From an uncultured Albidovulum sp. (GTDB lineage: Bacteria > Pseudomonadota > Alphaproteobacteria > Rhodobacterales > Rhodobacteraceae), in assembly GCA_964532985.1 (NCBI GenBank), contig CAZHIL010000522.1, forward strand, positions 1 to 49,490: DNA of 49,490 bases, read 5' to 3'. Below, one piece after another: positions 17,283 through 26,716 of the stretch. A program made the position numbers and the translations under genes. The notes beneath the pieces were generated by a model. The model did not search any database. It worked only from the letters and a program-made list of their open reading frames with translations, and was not told where the DNA came from. Every line of letters begins with the position of its first letter. The stretch's first letter is position 1.

Positions 17283-18243
17283 GGTTGTTAAACCCGGGTT
17301 GGCGACTTCAGTACAGGATTTGGGTCGCCCTGGTTATTACCATCTGGGAATTCCGATTTCAGGCGGGATGGACCGGTATTCATTGCGGGCCGCCAATCTG
17401 CTTGTCGGTAATGATGAAGGGGCAGCGGTTCTGGAAACTGTATTCATGGGACCGGAGTTGGAGTTTCAAAAGGATGCGACAGTTGCTGTAACCGGTGCAG
17501 AGCTTCCACCAAAGGTTGATGGTGAGTCAAGGGAAACCTGGTCCAAGTTTGAGATAAAAGCCGGACAAAGATTGACTTTTGACTTTCTGAAGTCGGGCGC
17601 ACGGGCCTATATCGCCATTTCTGGGGGCATTGATGTGCCTTTGGCCCTAGGAAGCCGTGCAACCTATACCTTGGGAGCTTTGGGAGGCTTTGAAGGGCGT
17701 AACCTTCAGTCGGGTGATTTATTGCCGATAGGGGAGTCATCCAATTCTTCACAGGATAAATGCACGATTCCAGTTGCACTTAGGCAATCCGTTGATTCAG
17801 AGGTTGAATTGCGGGTGGTCCCTGGTCTCTATTGGCATCGCTTTACTGCTGAATCACAAAATCAATTTTTTGAAGATGTATGGAAAGTGGCTCCTGAAGC
17901 GGACCGTATAGGTTATCGCTTCCAAAAGGGCCAGCCCTTGAATTTCATGGATCGGGAACAGCCCTTTGGAGCTGGTTCAGACCCTTCGAATATCGTGGAT
18001 AGTTGTTATCCTTACGGATCAATTCAAATACCAGGTGGTACTGAACCAATCGTCCTGCACCGTGATGCAGTTTCGGGAGGTGGCTATTGTATGTTGGGTA
18101 CGGTGATTTCCGCGGATATGGATTTGATTGGTCAGCTTCAGCCCAATTGGCCAACGAGGTTTGTAAAAGTCGATCTGGACCAAGCACTTAAAGCCCGGGA
18201 AGAACGAAACACCAGGCTTAGCCAATTACGGGATGTCATCTGA
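17272..18243 (+). CDS. KipA/PxpC-like protein (allophanate hydrolase subunit 2 / carboxyltransferase A-B subdomain family)
   Basis: The segments IKVVKPGLATSVQDLGRPGY...GIPISGGMD and ADRIGYRF...GSIQIPGGTEPIVL are typical of the AHS2 family. It overlaps the upstream gene by 11 nt. Confidence 0.8.
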   Translation: MSIKVVKPGLATSVQDLGRPGYYHLGIPISGGMDRYSLRAANLLVGNDEGAAVLETVFMGPELEFQKDATVAVTGAELPPKVDGESRETWSKFEIKAGQRLTFDFLKSGARAYIAISGGIDVPLALGSRATYTLGALGGFEGRNLQSGDLLPIGESSNSSQDKCTIPVALRQSVDSEVELRVVPGLYWHRFTAESQNQFFEDVWKVAPEADRIGYRFQKGQPLNFMDREQPFGAGSDPSNIVDSCYPYGSIQIPGGTEPIVLHRDAVSGGGYCMLGTVISADMDLIGQLQPNWPTRFVKVDLDQALKAREERNTRLSQLRDVI

Positions 18244-18309
18244 AAATTCCAAGGATTTCTTGCAAACTTACGCCCTAAGAGCTTAATTTTGCGGATATTA
18301 CAGGGTATA

Positions 18310-18347
18310 TTCAAATGGTTCGGAAAACAGATTCAAAACCATTTGAA
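18310..18347. terminator. Possible bidirectional hairpin between convergent genes (11-bp perfect stem, 16-nt loop)
   Basis: The arms are TTCAAATGGTT (18310-18320) and AACCATTTGAA (18337-18347). There is no flanking U-run on either strand, so terminator function is weakly supported. Confidence 0.25.
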
Positions 18348-18415
18348 TAGCATCACAGGCAAAAGATATTTGGTTGCTCTCTGTCAAGACATTTGCAGGT
18401 TGTTGACCTAGGGTA

Positions 18416-19591
18416 TCAATTGGAAAAACTAGAGGATGGGATGTACTCCTTGGGATCGACAGAATCCGGCCCTATACGAATTTCAAAATGCAAATATCCC
18501 AAGGCTTCATCCAATGTTCCGATCTTTTGTCCCTGGACAACCACATCTCCTCTTGCCAAGGAAATATCCTGAAGATTTTGGTAAATCGAAAAGATGTTGC
18601 AATCATGAAGCACTAAAAGCACCTTGGTTCCTTCGGCCAAATCCGATATCAGGGCAATCTTGCCTCCCCCGACGGCAATGACGGGGGAACCGACCGGGGC
18701 TGAAATATTCAGGCCCTTGTTGCCGTTTGGTTGATTCGAATAATCCTCGATCAATTCTCCGCTCAAGGGCAAAATGAAACCAAATTGTGCGGGTGAAAAA
18801 TTATCACAATCAATTTCATCAGACTCAACTATCTTGGCCGTTTCCACTTCTGATTGACTGGTTTTTTCATCATCGACCACTTCTTCGAAAGTACTCTCCT
18901 CTTCATTAATACTGGGAGTAACGGTTTCCGGCTCTTCATCCACGACTGTTTCTGGAGCAGTATTTTCATCCTCAGTAACATCTTCTGATTGGGGACTTTC
19001 GGAACTGCCGGATAATTGCCGTTCATTTTCGTCTATGATTTGTTTCGGGGCAGGAATGATGAGTATTTCACCTTCCATCACCGAGAAATCAGCGTCAAGC
19101 TCATTCCAATCGGCTAGAGTTCTTACTGATATTTCATAGAGATTGGCAATGGAATAAGCGGTTTCACCCTTTTGAACACGATGTCGGAAATAGTTTTCCG
19201 TTCTTCCGGTAATATCAATATCCTGCTCTGATGTTGTTTCTTCACCGACTTCCTTACCAGTTTGATTTACCGGTATCCTGTAGGGGAGTAAAAGTACTTT
19301 TCCTGGTTGGAGCGACTGGTCGGGGCTAATCTTGTTCAATTCAGCAATAACCAAGGGGTCTTCGTTTACCCGCCTGGCAACGTCATTGAGGGTTTCATCT
19401 CTGCGTACCTCCACATATCTGCGATTGTCGAATTGAAAAATACCATCAGAATCAGCCTTGGGCCATCTTTGCAATTCGTCAAATGGTACATTGGGGTCAG
19501 GGTTTTTTGTGACATTCTGGCGGATATCTGGAGCACAATTTGCCAGTAAAATCAGACAGGAACCTACAATCAAACTCCGTACAAAATACAT
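18416..19591 (-). CDS. NlpD-like lipoprotein: two LysM domains plus degenerate M23 (LytM) domain
   Basis: A lipobox (LILLANC) follows Met-28 of the track ORF, so I prefer start 19591. It has two LysM-like segments, an acidic linker and a C-terminal M23 fold. The canonical metal ligands are replaced (NKGLNI instead of HxGxD; YLHFE instead of HLHFE), as in amidase-activator NlpD/EnvC. It lies downstream of surE-pcm. Confidence 0.8.
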   Translation of the reverse strand: MYFVRSLIVGSCLILLANCAPDIRQNVTKNPDPNVPFDELQRWPKADSDGIFQFDNRRYVEVRRDETLNDVARRVNEDPLVIAELNKISPDQSLQPGKVLLLPYRIPVNQTGKEVGEETTSEQDIDITGRTENYFRHRVQKGETAYSIANLYEISVRTLADWNELDADFSVMEGEILIIPAPKQIIDENERQLSGSSESPQSEDVTEDENTAPETVVDEEPETVTPSINEEESTFEEVVDDEKTSQSEVETAKIVESDEIDCDNFSPAQFGFILPLSGELIEDYSNQPNGNKGLNISAPVGSPVIAVGGGKIALISDLAEGTKVLLVLHDCNIFSIYQNLQDISLARGDVVVQGQKIGTLDEALGYLHFEIRIGPDSVDPKEYIPSSSFSN

Positions 19592-19637
19592 TTTCCCTTC
19601 ATTCTCGTGTAAATCAAATGGTTTTGGGTTTTCGTTT

Positions 19638-20261
19638 CTAAGCATCCTCAATCCCTTCAATAAGTGGGACAAACCTCACGGCACATACTTCCTTGTATTC
19701 TACTTCAGGTTCCGTTTTGTTTACAACTACCAATCTTTGCTGCCATTCACTTTCGACAACAGGTAAAACCATGATACCACCAACCTTCAACTGTTCCATC
19801 AATTTTCGAGGTACTTCCTCGGAGGCCGCGGTAACAATTATCCTGTCAAATTCTGCAGCTTCTGGCAACCCCAAGGCACCATCAGAATATATAAAACTGA
19901 TATTTTCACGCCTGTATTTTTTCAAGATGAGATTTTTGGCCTTTTGATGAAGGGAACGTATCCGTTCAGTTGTATATACATGTCTGGCCAAATGAGAAAG
20001 CACCATGGTCTGGTATCCTGAACCGGTACCCACTTCAAGAACCCGGTGGGTTGATTTCAATTGCAATTCCTGGGTCATCAATCCTACCACCGTGGGTTGG
20101 CTAATGGTTTGACCACTTCCTATCGATATGGGAATATCCATGTATGCACGGTGTTTGAATGATGATGGAACAAAGTCCTTTCTATCGACTTTCCGCATTG
20201 CTTCAAGAACTGACTTGTCCTCAATTCCTTGATTTTGAAGAGTATTTATCAATTCATCCAT
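19638..20261 (-). CDS. pcm: Protein-L-isoaspartate O-methyltransferase
   Basis: It has GQTISQPTVVGLM, the SAM motif VLEVGTGSGYQT, and sits in the surE-pcm-nlpD context. Confidence 0.9.
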   Translation of the reverse strand: MDELINTLQNQGIEDKSVLEAMRKVDRKDFVPSSFKHRAYMDIPISIGSGQTISQPTVVGLMTQELQLKSTHRVLEVGTGSGYQTMVLSHLARHVYTTERIRSLHQKAKNLILKKYRRENISFIYSDGALGLPEAAEFDRIIVTAASEEVPRKLMEQLKVGGIMVLPVVESEWQQRLVVVNKTEPEVEYKEVCAVRFVPLIEGIEDA

Positions 20262-20271
20262 TTATCAGTCT

Positions 20272-21057
20272 CTACTTGACCAATGCAATGTCTATTTTAC
20301 CTAAAAGTTCATCGTCGGTTAAATCTGCTCGCATCGGAGTAACTGAAATGTAATGATCCAGATTGGCATTGATATCAGTTCCCTCACTGCTCCGGCTTGT
20401 TTGTAGCCCTCCCTGAATTGATAGCAATTCACCATTTGTAGTGGATTCCACATATCTTGCAGTAAACCTTGAATTCTCTCTTTGACCCTGTCTGACAACC
20501 TTTACACCCCTTACTTGATAGGCACTGCAGGGTGGAAAATTAATATTGAAAAATAAACGATAGTTTTTATTGTCCCAAGGTGCATTATAGTATAGCTGTT
20601 TAACAAGGGTCAAGCCATGTTCCATAGAGGCACCAAATGGATTGTTCAAACTTTTGTTTTTCCTTCCCATATATTGTGACAAGGCAATGGACTTTATCCC
20701 CTGCAGGGCACCTTCCATGGCAGCACCGATGGTCCCAGAATACATGGCATTTTCACCTGAGTTGTTGCCACGATTGACTCCAACCAGAACAAGATCAGGC
20801 ATTTGATCCATAATCCTGTACAGACCGGCCAATACGCAATCGGCAGGGTATCCTTCCAGCTTGTATTTCCTCGGCGCCACCTTGACAATCTCAAAGGTTT
20901 TGGAAAAGGAAACACAATGCCCTGTTCCTGATTTTTCGCTGCTTGGTGCAACCACCCATACCTCGCCATCTTCCCCGGCAAATTCCAGGGCAAGAGTTTC
21001 CAGAATCTTCAGGCCTGGCGCATCAATACCGTCATCGTTGGTAAGCAATATCCTCAT
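20272..21057 (-). CDS. surE: 5'/3'-nucleotidase SurE
   Basis: The N-terminus MRILLTNDDGIDAPGL and the internal GVNRGNNSGENAMYSGTIGAAMEG are canonical SurE motifs. Confidence 0.9.
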   Translation of the reverse strand: MRILLTNDDGIDAPGLKILETLALEFAGEDGEVWVVAPSSEKSGTGHCVSFSKTFEIVKVAPRKYKLEGYPADCVLAGLYRIMDQMPDLVLVGVNRGNNSGENAMYSGTIGAAMEGALQGIKSIALSQYMGRKNKSLNNPFGASMEHGLTLVKQLYYNAPWDNKNYRLFFNINFPPCSAYQVRGVKVVRQGQRENSRFTARYVESTTNGELLSIQGGLQTSRSSEGTDINANLDHYISVTPMRADLTDDELLGKIDIALVK

Positions 21058-21089
21058 AAGGGTAAACTCTAATCTTTTAAAAAATGCTG

Positions 21090-22385
21090 CTAATGTCCAA
21101 ATTCGTCGCTTGGAAGAATTGTAGTCGCTCCCTTTAGATAAGGTATCAGCACATCGGGAATTGAAATACCACCATCAGCTTGCTGGTAATTTTCCAATAC
21201 AGCGATCAGGGCCCTACCGACAGCAAGACCTGAACCATTCAAGGTGTGAACAAAGTGAGTGGTTTTTTCGCCTTTGGGTCGATATCGGGCATTCATTCTC
21301 CGGGCCTGAAAATCACCACAATTAGAGACCGAACTGATCTCCCTGTACTTTTGCTGGCCAGGTAACCAAACCTCAATATCATAGGTCTTTTTTGCTCCAA
21401 ATCCCATATCTCCGGTACACAGGACAACAGTTCTATAAGGTAGTCCTAGTTTTTCAAGAATTCCTTCAGCACAACGTAGCATCCTATTTTGTTCGTCTTC
21501 ACTTTCCGAGGGTTTAGTGATCGAGACCATTTCTACCTTTTCGAATTGGTGCTGTCGCAGCATGCCCGATGTATCCTTGCCGGCGGACCCAGCCTCGGAG
21601 CGGAAGCATTGCGAATGTGCGCAATATCTTCTGGGGAGATATTCTTCATCAACGATCAAGCCGCTAACAATGTTGGTCAAGGTAACTTCTGAGGTTGGAA
21701 TCAACCACTTGCCCTCTGCAGTCTGGTATGAATCTTCAGCAAACTTTGGCAATTGGCCGGTTCCCAACATGGTTTCTGGATTGACCAATATGGGTGTCCA
21801 TACTTCTTGTAAACCATTCTCTTCGGTATGGACATCGATCATGAATTGTGCCAAGGCTCTATGCAATTTAGCAATACTACCTGAGAGGATTACAAAACGG
21901 GAACCGGATAACTTGGCTGCAGTTGTGAAATCCATACCTGGTTTTACAGAAGGAATTTCAAAATGCTCAACTGGAGTAAAGTTAAATCTCGTAGCTTCGC
22001 CCCAGCGGCTTATTTCTACATTGTCATCTTCACCAGATCCAACCGGAACATCCGGAGAGGGCAGGTTGGGTATGGTAAGCAGCAAGTCCTGCAATTTTCG
22101 ATTTTCTTCAGATGCCTCCTGTTCCAGTTTTTGTGCAGCTTCCCTGGTATCGGATAAGGTTGCTCTCAACCTTTCGAACTCATCGAGATTACCCTTTGAT
22201 TTGGCCAACCCAGCCTGTTTGGATTGTTGATTGAGACCTGCCCTGAAATTTTCGGCCTCTTGGATCTTTTGACGGCGAGACCTGTCAATCGACAAAATTT
22301 CTGCCGATATGGGTTCCAGGCCGAGGCGGTTCAAATGATGGTCAAACTCCTCCGGGTTGCTTCGAATGTATTTAATGTCATGCAT
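21090..22385 (-). CDS. serS: Serine--tRNA ligase
   Basis: It has an N-terminal coiled-coil arm ([14 protein letters not shown]...) and class II motifs ([46 protein letters not shown]). Confidence 0.95.
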   Translation of the reverse strand: MHDIKYIRSNPEEFDHHLNRLGLEPISAEILSIDRSRRQKIQEAENFRAGLNQQSKQAGLAKSKGNLDEFERLRATLSDTREAAQKLEQEASEENRKLQDLLLTIPNLPSPDVPVGSGEDDNVEISRWGEATRFNFTPVEHFEIPSVKPGMDFTTAAKLSGSRFVILSGSIAKLHRALAQFMIDVHTEENGLQEVWTPILVNPETMLGTGQLPKFAEDSYQTAEGKWLIPTSEVTLTNIVSGLIVDEEYLPRRYCAHSQCFRSEAGSAGKDTSGMLRQHQFEKVEMVSITKPSESEDEQNRMLRCAEGILEKLGLPYRTVVLCTGDMGFGAKKTYDIEVWLPGQQKYREISSVSNCGDFQARRMNARYRPKGEKTTHFVHTLNGSGLAVGRALIAVLENYQQADGGISIPDVLIPYLKGATTILPSDEFGH

Positions 22386-22726
22386 AAATCAAAACTACAG
22401 TTTAAAGATAGGGTACGGGTAAACCTAAGTGAGAATGGTACAAAAGTTAAGGTTTTTTACTGCTATATTTTTCTGTTCAACCCGATATAATTTGCAGGAA
22501 TAGTGACAATTCCCCTGCCATTGTTTGTAAAATAAACGGAATGCGAATTTTCGGTAAATGGCAAACCAGAATCAACAAGGCCATCACTAATCTCATTGAG
22601 CTGGTGCAATCTGTACCTGATCTGGAAATTAGACAGTTCTGCCGATAGCTCTAACCTTCAATTGATAATTTTTCATGATCTAGTGTTGGGTACTAACTCT
22701 GGCTTTCTGGAGCTTTATGGTTGGTT

Positions 22727-24400
22727 TTAATACCACGGTATTAAATAATCTCCTGAAAAAAGAATGCTATCAAACTCATCATCAAGTTCGTTAAGTTCAG
22801 GGCAGTTTGTACGAATCATCCCATCTGGACCCACATCCGTACAACTGTCCAGCCTGAGAAGCTTTTGCCTTTTCAATTGATTGCTCTTTAACAGTTTGGC
22901 TCTATCATAAAAATCGTTGCAAGCCTCAATTAGGTAAGTATAAAATTCACTTCTAAAATGTTTTTTCATTGGCAAGTTTTTGCAAACACTTGCGGTTTCT
23001 ATTGCCAGATCAATATACATCATCACATTATCCCTGTAATCAGGATAGGTCTTCAAATCTCGATCCCCTTCGTAACTAGGAGAGTCAAGAATCATCAGGT
23101 TGTAGTATCCTTTTACTCCATAGTAGGACATTTCCAAATAAAGACGGGGTAATTGGTAATAAGAATCCAGTTCAATTTGAAATTTTTCTTCCCAGCCACC
23201 TATACGAGGATTGTAGGGATAATCATTTCTTTCACCATCATAAGTCCCGATGATAGCCAAAACCCTTGAAAAATACTCTACCGCAATAACCAAATTCTGA
23301 TCTCCATAAATTGAAAAATCACCTCCCGTTGCATAATATATAGCCCGTATCCAGTTAGCTATTATAAGGTCTGTATCTTCGTAGCTTGGCCCAAGGTCCA
23401 ACTCCTGCAAAATATAAAGCCCCTTGTCGATAAGGCTTCGATTCCCTACCACTTCCCCCTTCACCAACAAACATAAGGCATATTTCACATCCACATCGGG
23501 GTCGGGGTCATGAAGTTGATAAAAATAAGCTCTTTCCCTTGCTTCAAAATCACGACAAGAAAATGCTTCGTTTCCTGTTAGATAAACTGTAGAATCGGAT
23601 ACCACATCCTCTGGTATCGCAATCATAGTATCGGAATTGTCGGTCGAATTCTCATAACCTTGCTCATTGCCCAACAAACAATAAGCTTCCATAACTGCTT
23701 CCCAAGCATCCACAGCGACTTCCCATGGTTCCCCTGCATCCATAGCGGCACCCCAAGCTTCTAGAGCATCCTCAAAGGCTAATTCATATTCCCTTTCCCT
23801 AGTTGCTTTCACAGCATCCACAGCGGCACCCCAAGCTTCTAGAGCATCCTCAAATGCTAATTCATATTCCCCAACTGCTTCCACAGCATCTTTCAAATCA
23901 TCGATAACTGTATTTATATATTCTTCAGCTGCAACCACAGAATTCTCAGTATCCCTAGCTGCTTTCACAGCTCCTTCCCCAACAGCTTCCCAAGCCTCCA
24001 CAGCTGCAACCAAAGCTTCCCAAGTATCCAAAGCTTCAACAGCCTCCCAAACAGTTTTCAAAGTTTCCTCATCTACATTCTTGAAACCATCTAAGATTTT
24101 AATAGCTGCAACAGTTGCTACAGATCCTAACAAACCTTCATTCTCATCTTCTTTATAATTTTTCAAAGCTTTAATAGCTGCAACCAAAGTCTCCAAATCC
24201 GTAATCCCGGCTTCTTCCAAAGAATCTAAAGTTTTCTTAGCTTCAGCAGCTGCGACCGAAGCTTCTTTCCAAGCATTTTCTACGGCTTTTTCAGCGGTTT
24301 TCCCAACATTTTCCCAGGCTTCTTCCACAGCAGCACAATATTGATTGCTGGTTGCAGAAGCTGAGGTTGAGGAAAGTACTAATACCACCAGTGTTACCAT
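22727..24400 (-). CDS. Secreted hypothetical protein: N-terminal Ala/Glu/Trp-rich helical repeats plus Tyr/Cys-containing C-terminal domain of unknown family
   Basis: It is a long ORF with consistent coding character. A signal-peptide-like segment MVTLVVLVLSSTSASA follows Met-31 of the track ORF, so I prefer start 24400 (24490 remains possible). I recognise no family motif. Confidence 0.65.
   Translation of the reverse strand: MVTLVVLVLSSTSASATSNQYCAAVEEAWENVGKTAEKAVENAWKEASVAAAEAKKTLDSLEEAGITDLETLVAAIKALKNYKEDENEGLLGSVATVAAIKILDGFKNVDEETLKTVWEAVEALDTWEALVAAVEAWEAVGEGAVKAARDTENSVVAAEEYINTVIDDLKDAVEAVGEYELAFEDALEAWGAAVDAVKATREREYELAFEDALEAWGAAMDAGEPWEVAVDAWEAVMEAYCLLGNEQGYENSTDNSDTMIAIPEDVVSDSTVYLTGNEAFSCRDFEARERAYFYQLHDPDPDVDVKYALCLLVKGEVVGNRSLIDKGLYILQELDLGPSYEDTDLIIANWIRAIYYATGGDFSIYGDQNLVIAVEYFSRVLAIIGTYDGERNDYPYNPRIGGWEEKFQIELDSYYQLPRLYLEMSYYGVKGYYNLMILDSPSYEGDRDLKTYPDYRDNVMMYIDLAIETASVCKNLPMKKHFRSEFYTYLIEACNDFYDRAKLLKSNQLKRQKLLRLDSCTDVGPDGMIRTNCPELNELDDEFDSILFSGDYLIPWY
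23744..23869. repeat. Tandem 78-bp (26-codon) duplication inside the secreted repeat protein gene
   Basis: The segment agcggcaccccaagcttctagagcatcctcaaaggctaattcatattcc at 23744 recurs at 23822 with one mismatch. It encodes EYELAFEDALEAWGAA(V/M)DA twice. Confidence 0.85.
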
Positions 24401-24583
24401 GAATAAAAAATGGATGAAATTGCTCACTTTGGTATATCCCGTATTGGCTGGAAAATTGAAAAGCATAGATTTGATAAAACACCTTGTCAATTTTTCGGTT
24501 TACCCCTGTCTTGCAATTATCACCTGCAAGAAATAATTAGAGTCAATTCAAATCTCAAATAAAGTCGCACCAGAGGAATAAAT

Positions 24584-24889
24584 ATGTTCGTAACACCAGC
24601 CTTTGCACAAGCAGCAGGTGGAGGAGGATTGGGGCTAACCAATCTCCTGCCCTTGATACTGATTTTTGTAATCATGTATTTCCTCCTTATACGTCCACAG
24701 CAGAAAAAGGTCAAAGAGCACAAGGCAATGGTAACGGCTTTGAAAAAGGGCGATAGGGTTGTTACCCAAGGTGGGGTAATTGGCCGGATAACAAAGGCCA
24801 AGGAAAATGAAAACGAGATCGAAGTTGAGATTGCACCAGATGTGGTCGTGAAAGTGGTTAGAAGTACTATTTCCCAATTGAGGGAATAA
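24584..24889 (+). CDS. yajC: Preprotein translocase subunit YajC
   Basis: It has a single TM segment followed by LLIRPQQKKVKEHKAMVTALKKGDRVVTQGGVIGRI. It lies upstream of secDF. Confidence 0.9.
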   Translation: MFVTPAFAQAAGGGGLGLTNLLPLILIFVIMYFLLIRPQQKKVKEHKAMVTALKKGDRVVTQGGVIGRITKAKENENEIEVEIAPDVVVKVVRSTISQLRE

Positions 24890-25043
24890 ACAAATTAAAG
24901 TTATTGATACGCAACAATTTCACACCTGATTTTTGATTTGTATGATGGTGCGATTTTTGACAAACTTCAATTGGGTTCATGCAAGGATTGTTTGAAATTA
25001 TCGAACTGATCGGAAACCGCCAAATTCAAGTTCACAAGGCATT

Positions 25044-26708
25044 ATGTTAAATATTCCTTCATGGCAAAGGCTGTTCATTCTTATTTTCTGCCTAGGTGGA
25101 CTTTATCTTGCTTTCCCGAATTTGTTTTACTCTACCGTTGAAAAGCACAACGATGCAGTGATTATGGTTGAAAGAGGCCAGGTTGCTGCCAATGAAGTAT
25201 CAGAGGAAATAAACAGTTGGCCCTCATGGATGCCTTCCAATCTCGTAAATCTAGGTTTGGACCTGAGGGGTGGTGCCCATCTGCTTGCCGAAGTCCAACT
25301 TGCCGAAGTTTACGCTGACCGTATAGATGCCTGGTGGCCAAGGATACGGGATGAATTGAGGAAGAATAGGAACATCGTTGGGTCAATCAGAAGACAACAA
25401 TCCCCTCCTGACCAGTTGCATGTCAGGTTGGAAAATTTCGATGCCATGGAACAGGCGATAGGTATAGTTGACGAGCTTGCTTCACCGATAGTTAATATTT
25501 CTGGTATCGGGACTAAGGACATTCAGGTTACGAGTCAGGATGACATCCTGATAGTTGAACTATCGGAAGAGGAAAAATCTGCGACTGATAACCGAACCAT
25601 GGAGCAGTCCCTGGAGATCATCAGAAGAAGGGTAGATGAGGTAGGAACTAGGGAACCGATTATCCAAAGGCAGGGGAGCAACCGAATAATTATTCAGGTG
25701 CCGGGCATTGGCTCAGCAACCGAATTGAAAGAACTGATTGGTACGACGGCAAGACTCACCTTCCACCATGTTGTCCGTACCGCACCAAGTCAATCTGGTA
25801 ATAATTCAGGACTTGAAGTTTCCTATCCCTCAATCGATAATCCGAATCTATTTTACATATTGGAACGAGCTCCAGTCGTATCAGGTGATGAATTAACCGA
25901 TGCCCAGCCGGATTTTGATGAAAACGGCCGTCCGGCTGTTTCCTTCAGGTTCAATCCTTCGGGAGCAAGAAAATTTGGTGATTACACCGCAGAAAACATA
26001 GGTTTGCCCTTTGCCATTGTCCTTGATGAAGAAGTTATTTCAGCCCCTGTCATTCGTTCTCACATTCCCGGAGGATCCGGAATAATTACCGGCAGTTTTA
26101 CCGTTGAGGAATCGACCAACTTGGCAGTTCTTCTCAGGGCAGGGGCATTACCGGCAGAAATGATTTTCCTTGAGGAAAGGACCGTGGGGCCCGATTTGGG
26201 CCAGGACTCCATTGATGCAGGAAAGATTGCCTGTATAATTGCCTTGGCTGCCGTCATGATTTTTATGGCGCTGAGTTATGGGTTGTTTGGAATCTTTGCC
26301 AACATAGCCCTGACTATCAACCTATTTCTGATATTCGGGGTTCTATCAGTCCTGGGTGCAACCCTTACCTTGCCAGGTATTGCGGGAATCGTGCTGACAA
26401 TAGGGATGGCAGTAGATGCAAATGTGCTGGTGTTTGAGCGAATACGAGAGGAGCTGAAATCGTCAAGAGGACCATCCCGTGCGATTGAACTCGGTTACGA
26501 AAAGGCCCTTTCAGCCATTATTGATGCCAATCTCACAACGTTGATTGTTGCCATAATACTATTTACGCTTGGTTCTGGACCGGTACGAGGTTTTTCCGTA
26601 ACCCTGGGAATTGGCATAATTACCAGTGTATTTACAGCAATTTTTGTTACCAGATTAATGGTGGTTTTCTGGTTTTCAAAATATCGTCCCAAAAAGTTGA
26701 AGGTATAG
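25044..26708 (+). CDS. secD: Protein translocase subunit SecD
   Basis: It has LGLDLRGGAHLL, a large periplasmic domain, and a C-terminal six-TM bundle with LTLPGIAGIVLTIGMAVDANVLVFERIREE. Confidence 0.95.
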   Translation: MLNIPSWQRLFILIFCLGGLYLAFPNLFYSTVEKHNDAVIMVERGQVAANEVSEEINSWPSWMPSNLVNLGLDLRGGAHLLAEVQLAEVYADRIDAWWPRIRDELRKNRNIVGSIRRQQSPPDQLHVRLENFDAMEQAIGIVDELASPIVNISGIGTKDIQVTSQDDILIVELSEEEKSATDNRTMEQSLEIIRRRVDEVGTREPIIQRQGSNRIIIQVPGIGSATELKELIGTTARLTFHHVVRTAPSQSGNNSGLEVSYPSIDNPNLFYILERAPVVSGDELTDAQPDFDENGRPAVSFRFNPSGARKFGDYTAENIGLPFAIVLDEEVISAPVIRSHIPGGSGIITGSFTVEESTNLAVLLRAGALPAEMIFLEERTVGPDLGQDSIDAGKIACIIALAAVMIFMALSYGLFGIFANIALTINLFLIFGVLSVLGATLTLPGIAGIVLTIGMAVDANVLVFERIREELKSSRGPSRAIELGYEKALSAIIDANLTTLIVAIILFTLGSGPVRGFSVTLGIGIITSVFTAIFVTRLMVVFWFSKYRPKKLKV

Positions 26709-26716
26709 GTTAAATC

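Noticed and set aside
21517-22230. 237-aa ORF on the plus strand
   Set aside because: It lies entirely antisense within serS, has no RBS or recognisable motifs, and has a low-complexity Ser-rich composition. It is a shadow ORF.
22525-22632. 35-codon ORF (MRIFGKWQTRINKAITNLIELVQSVPDLEIRQFCR) between serS and the orphan gene
   Set aside because: It is short, has no RBS and no motif. It most likely lies within the serS promoter region.
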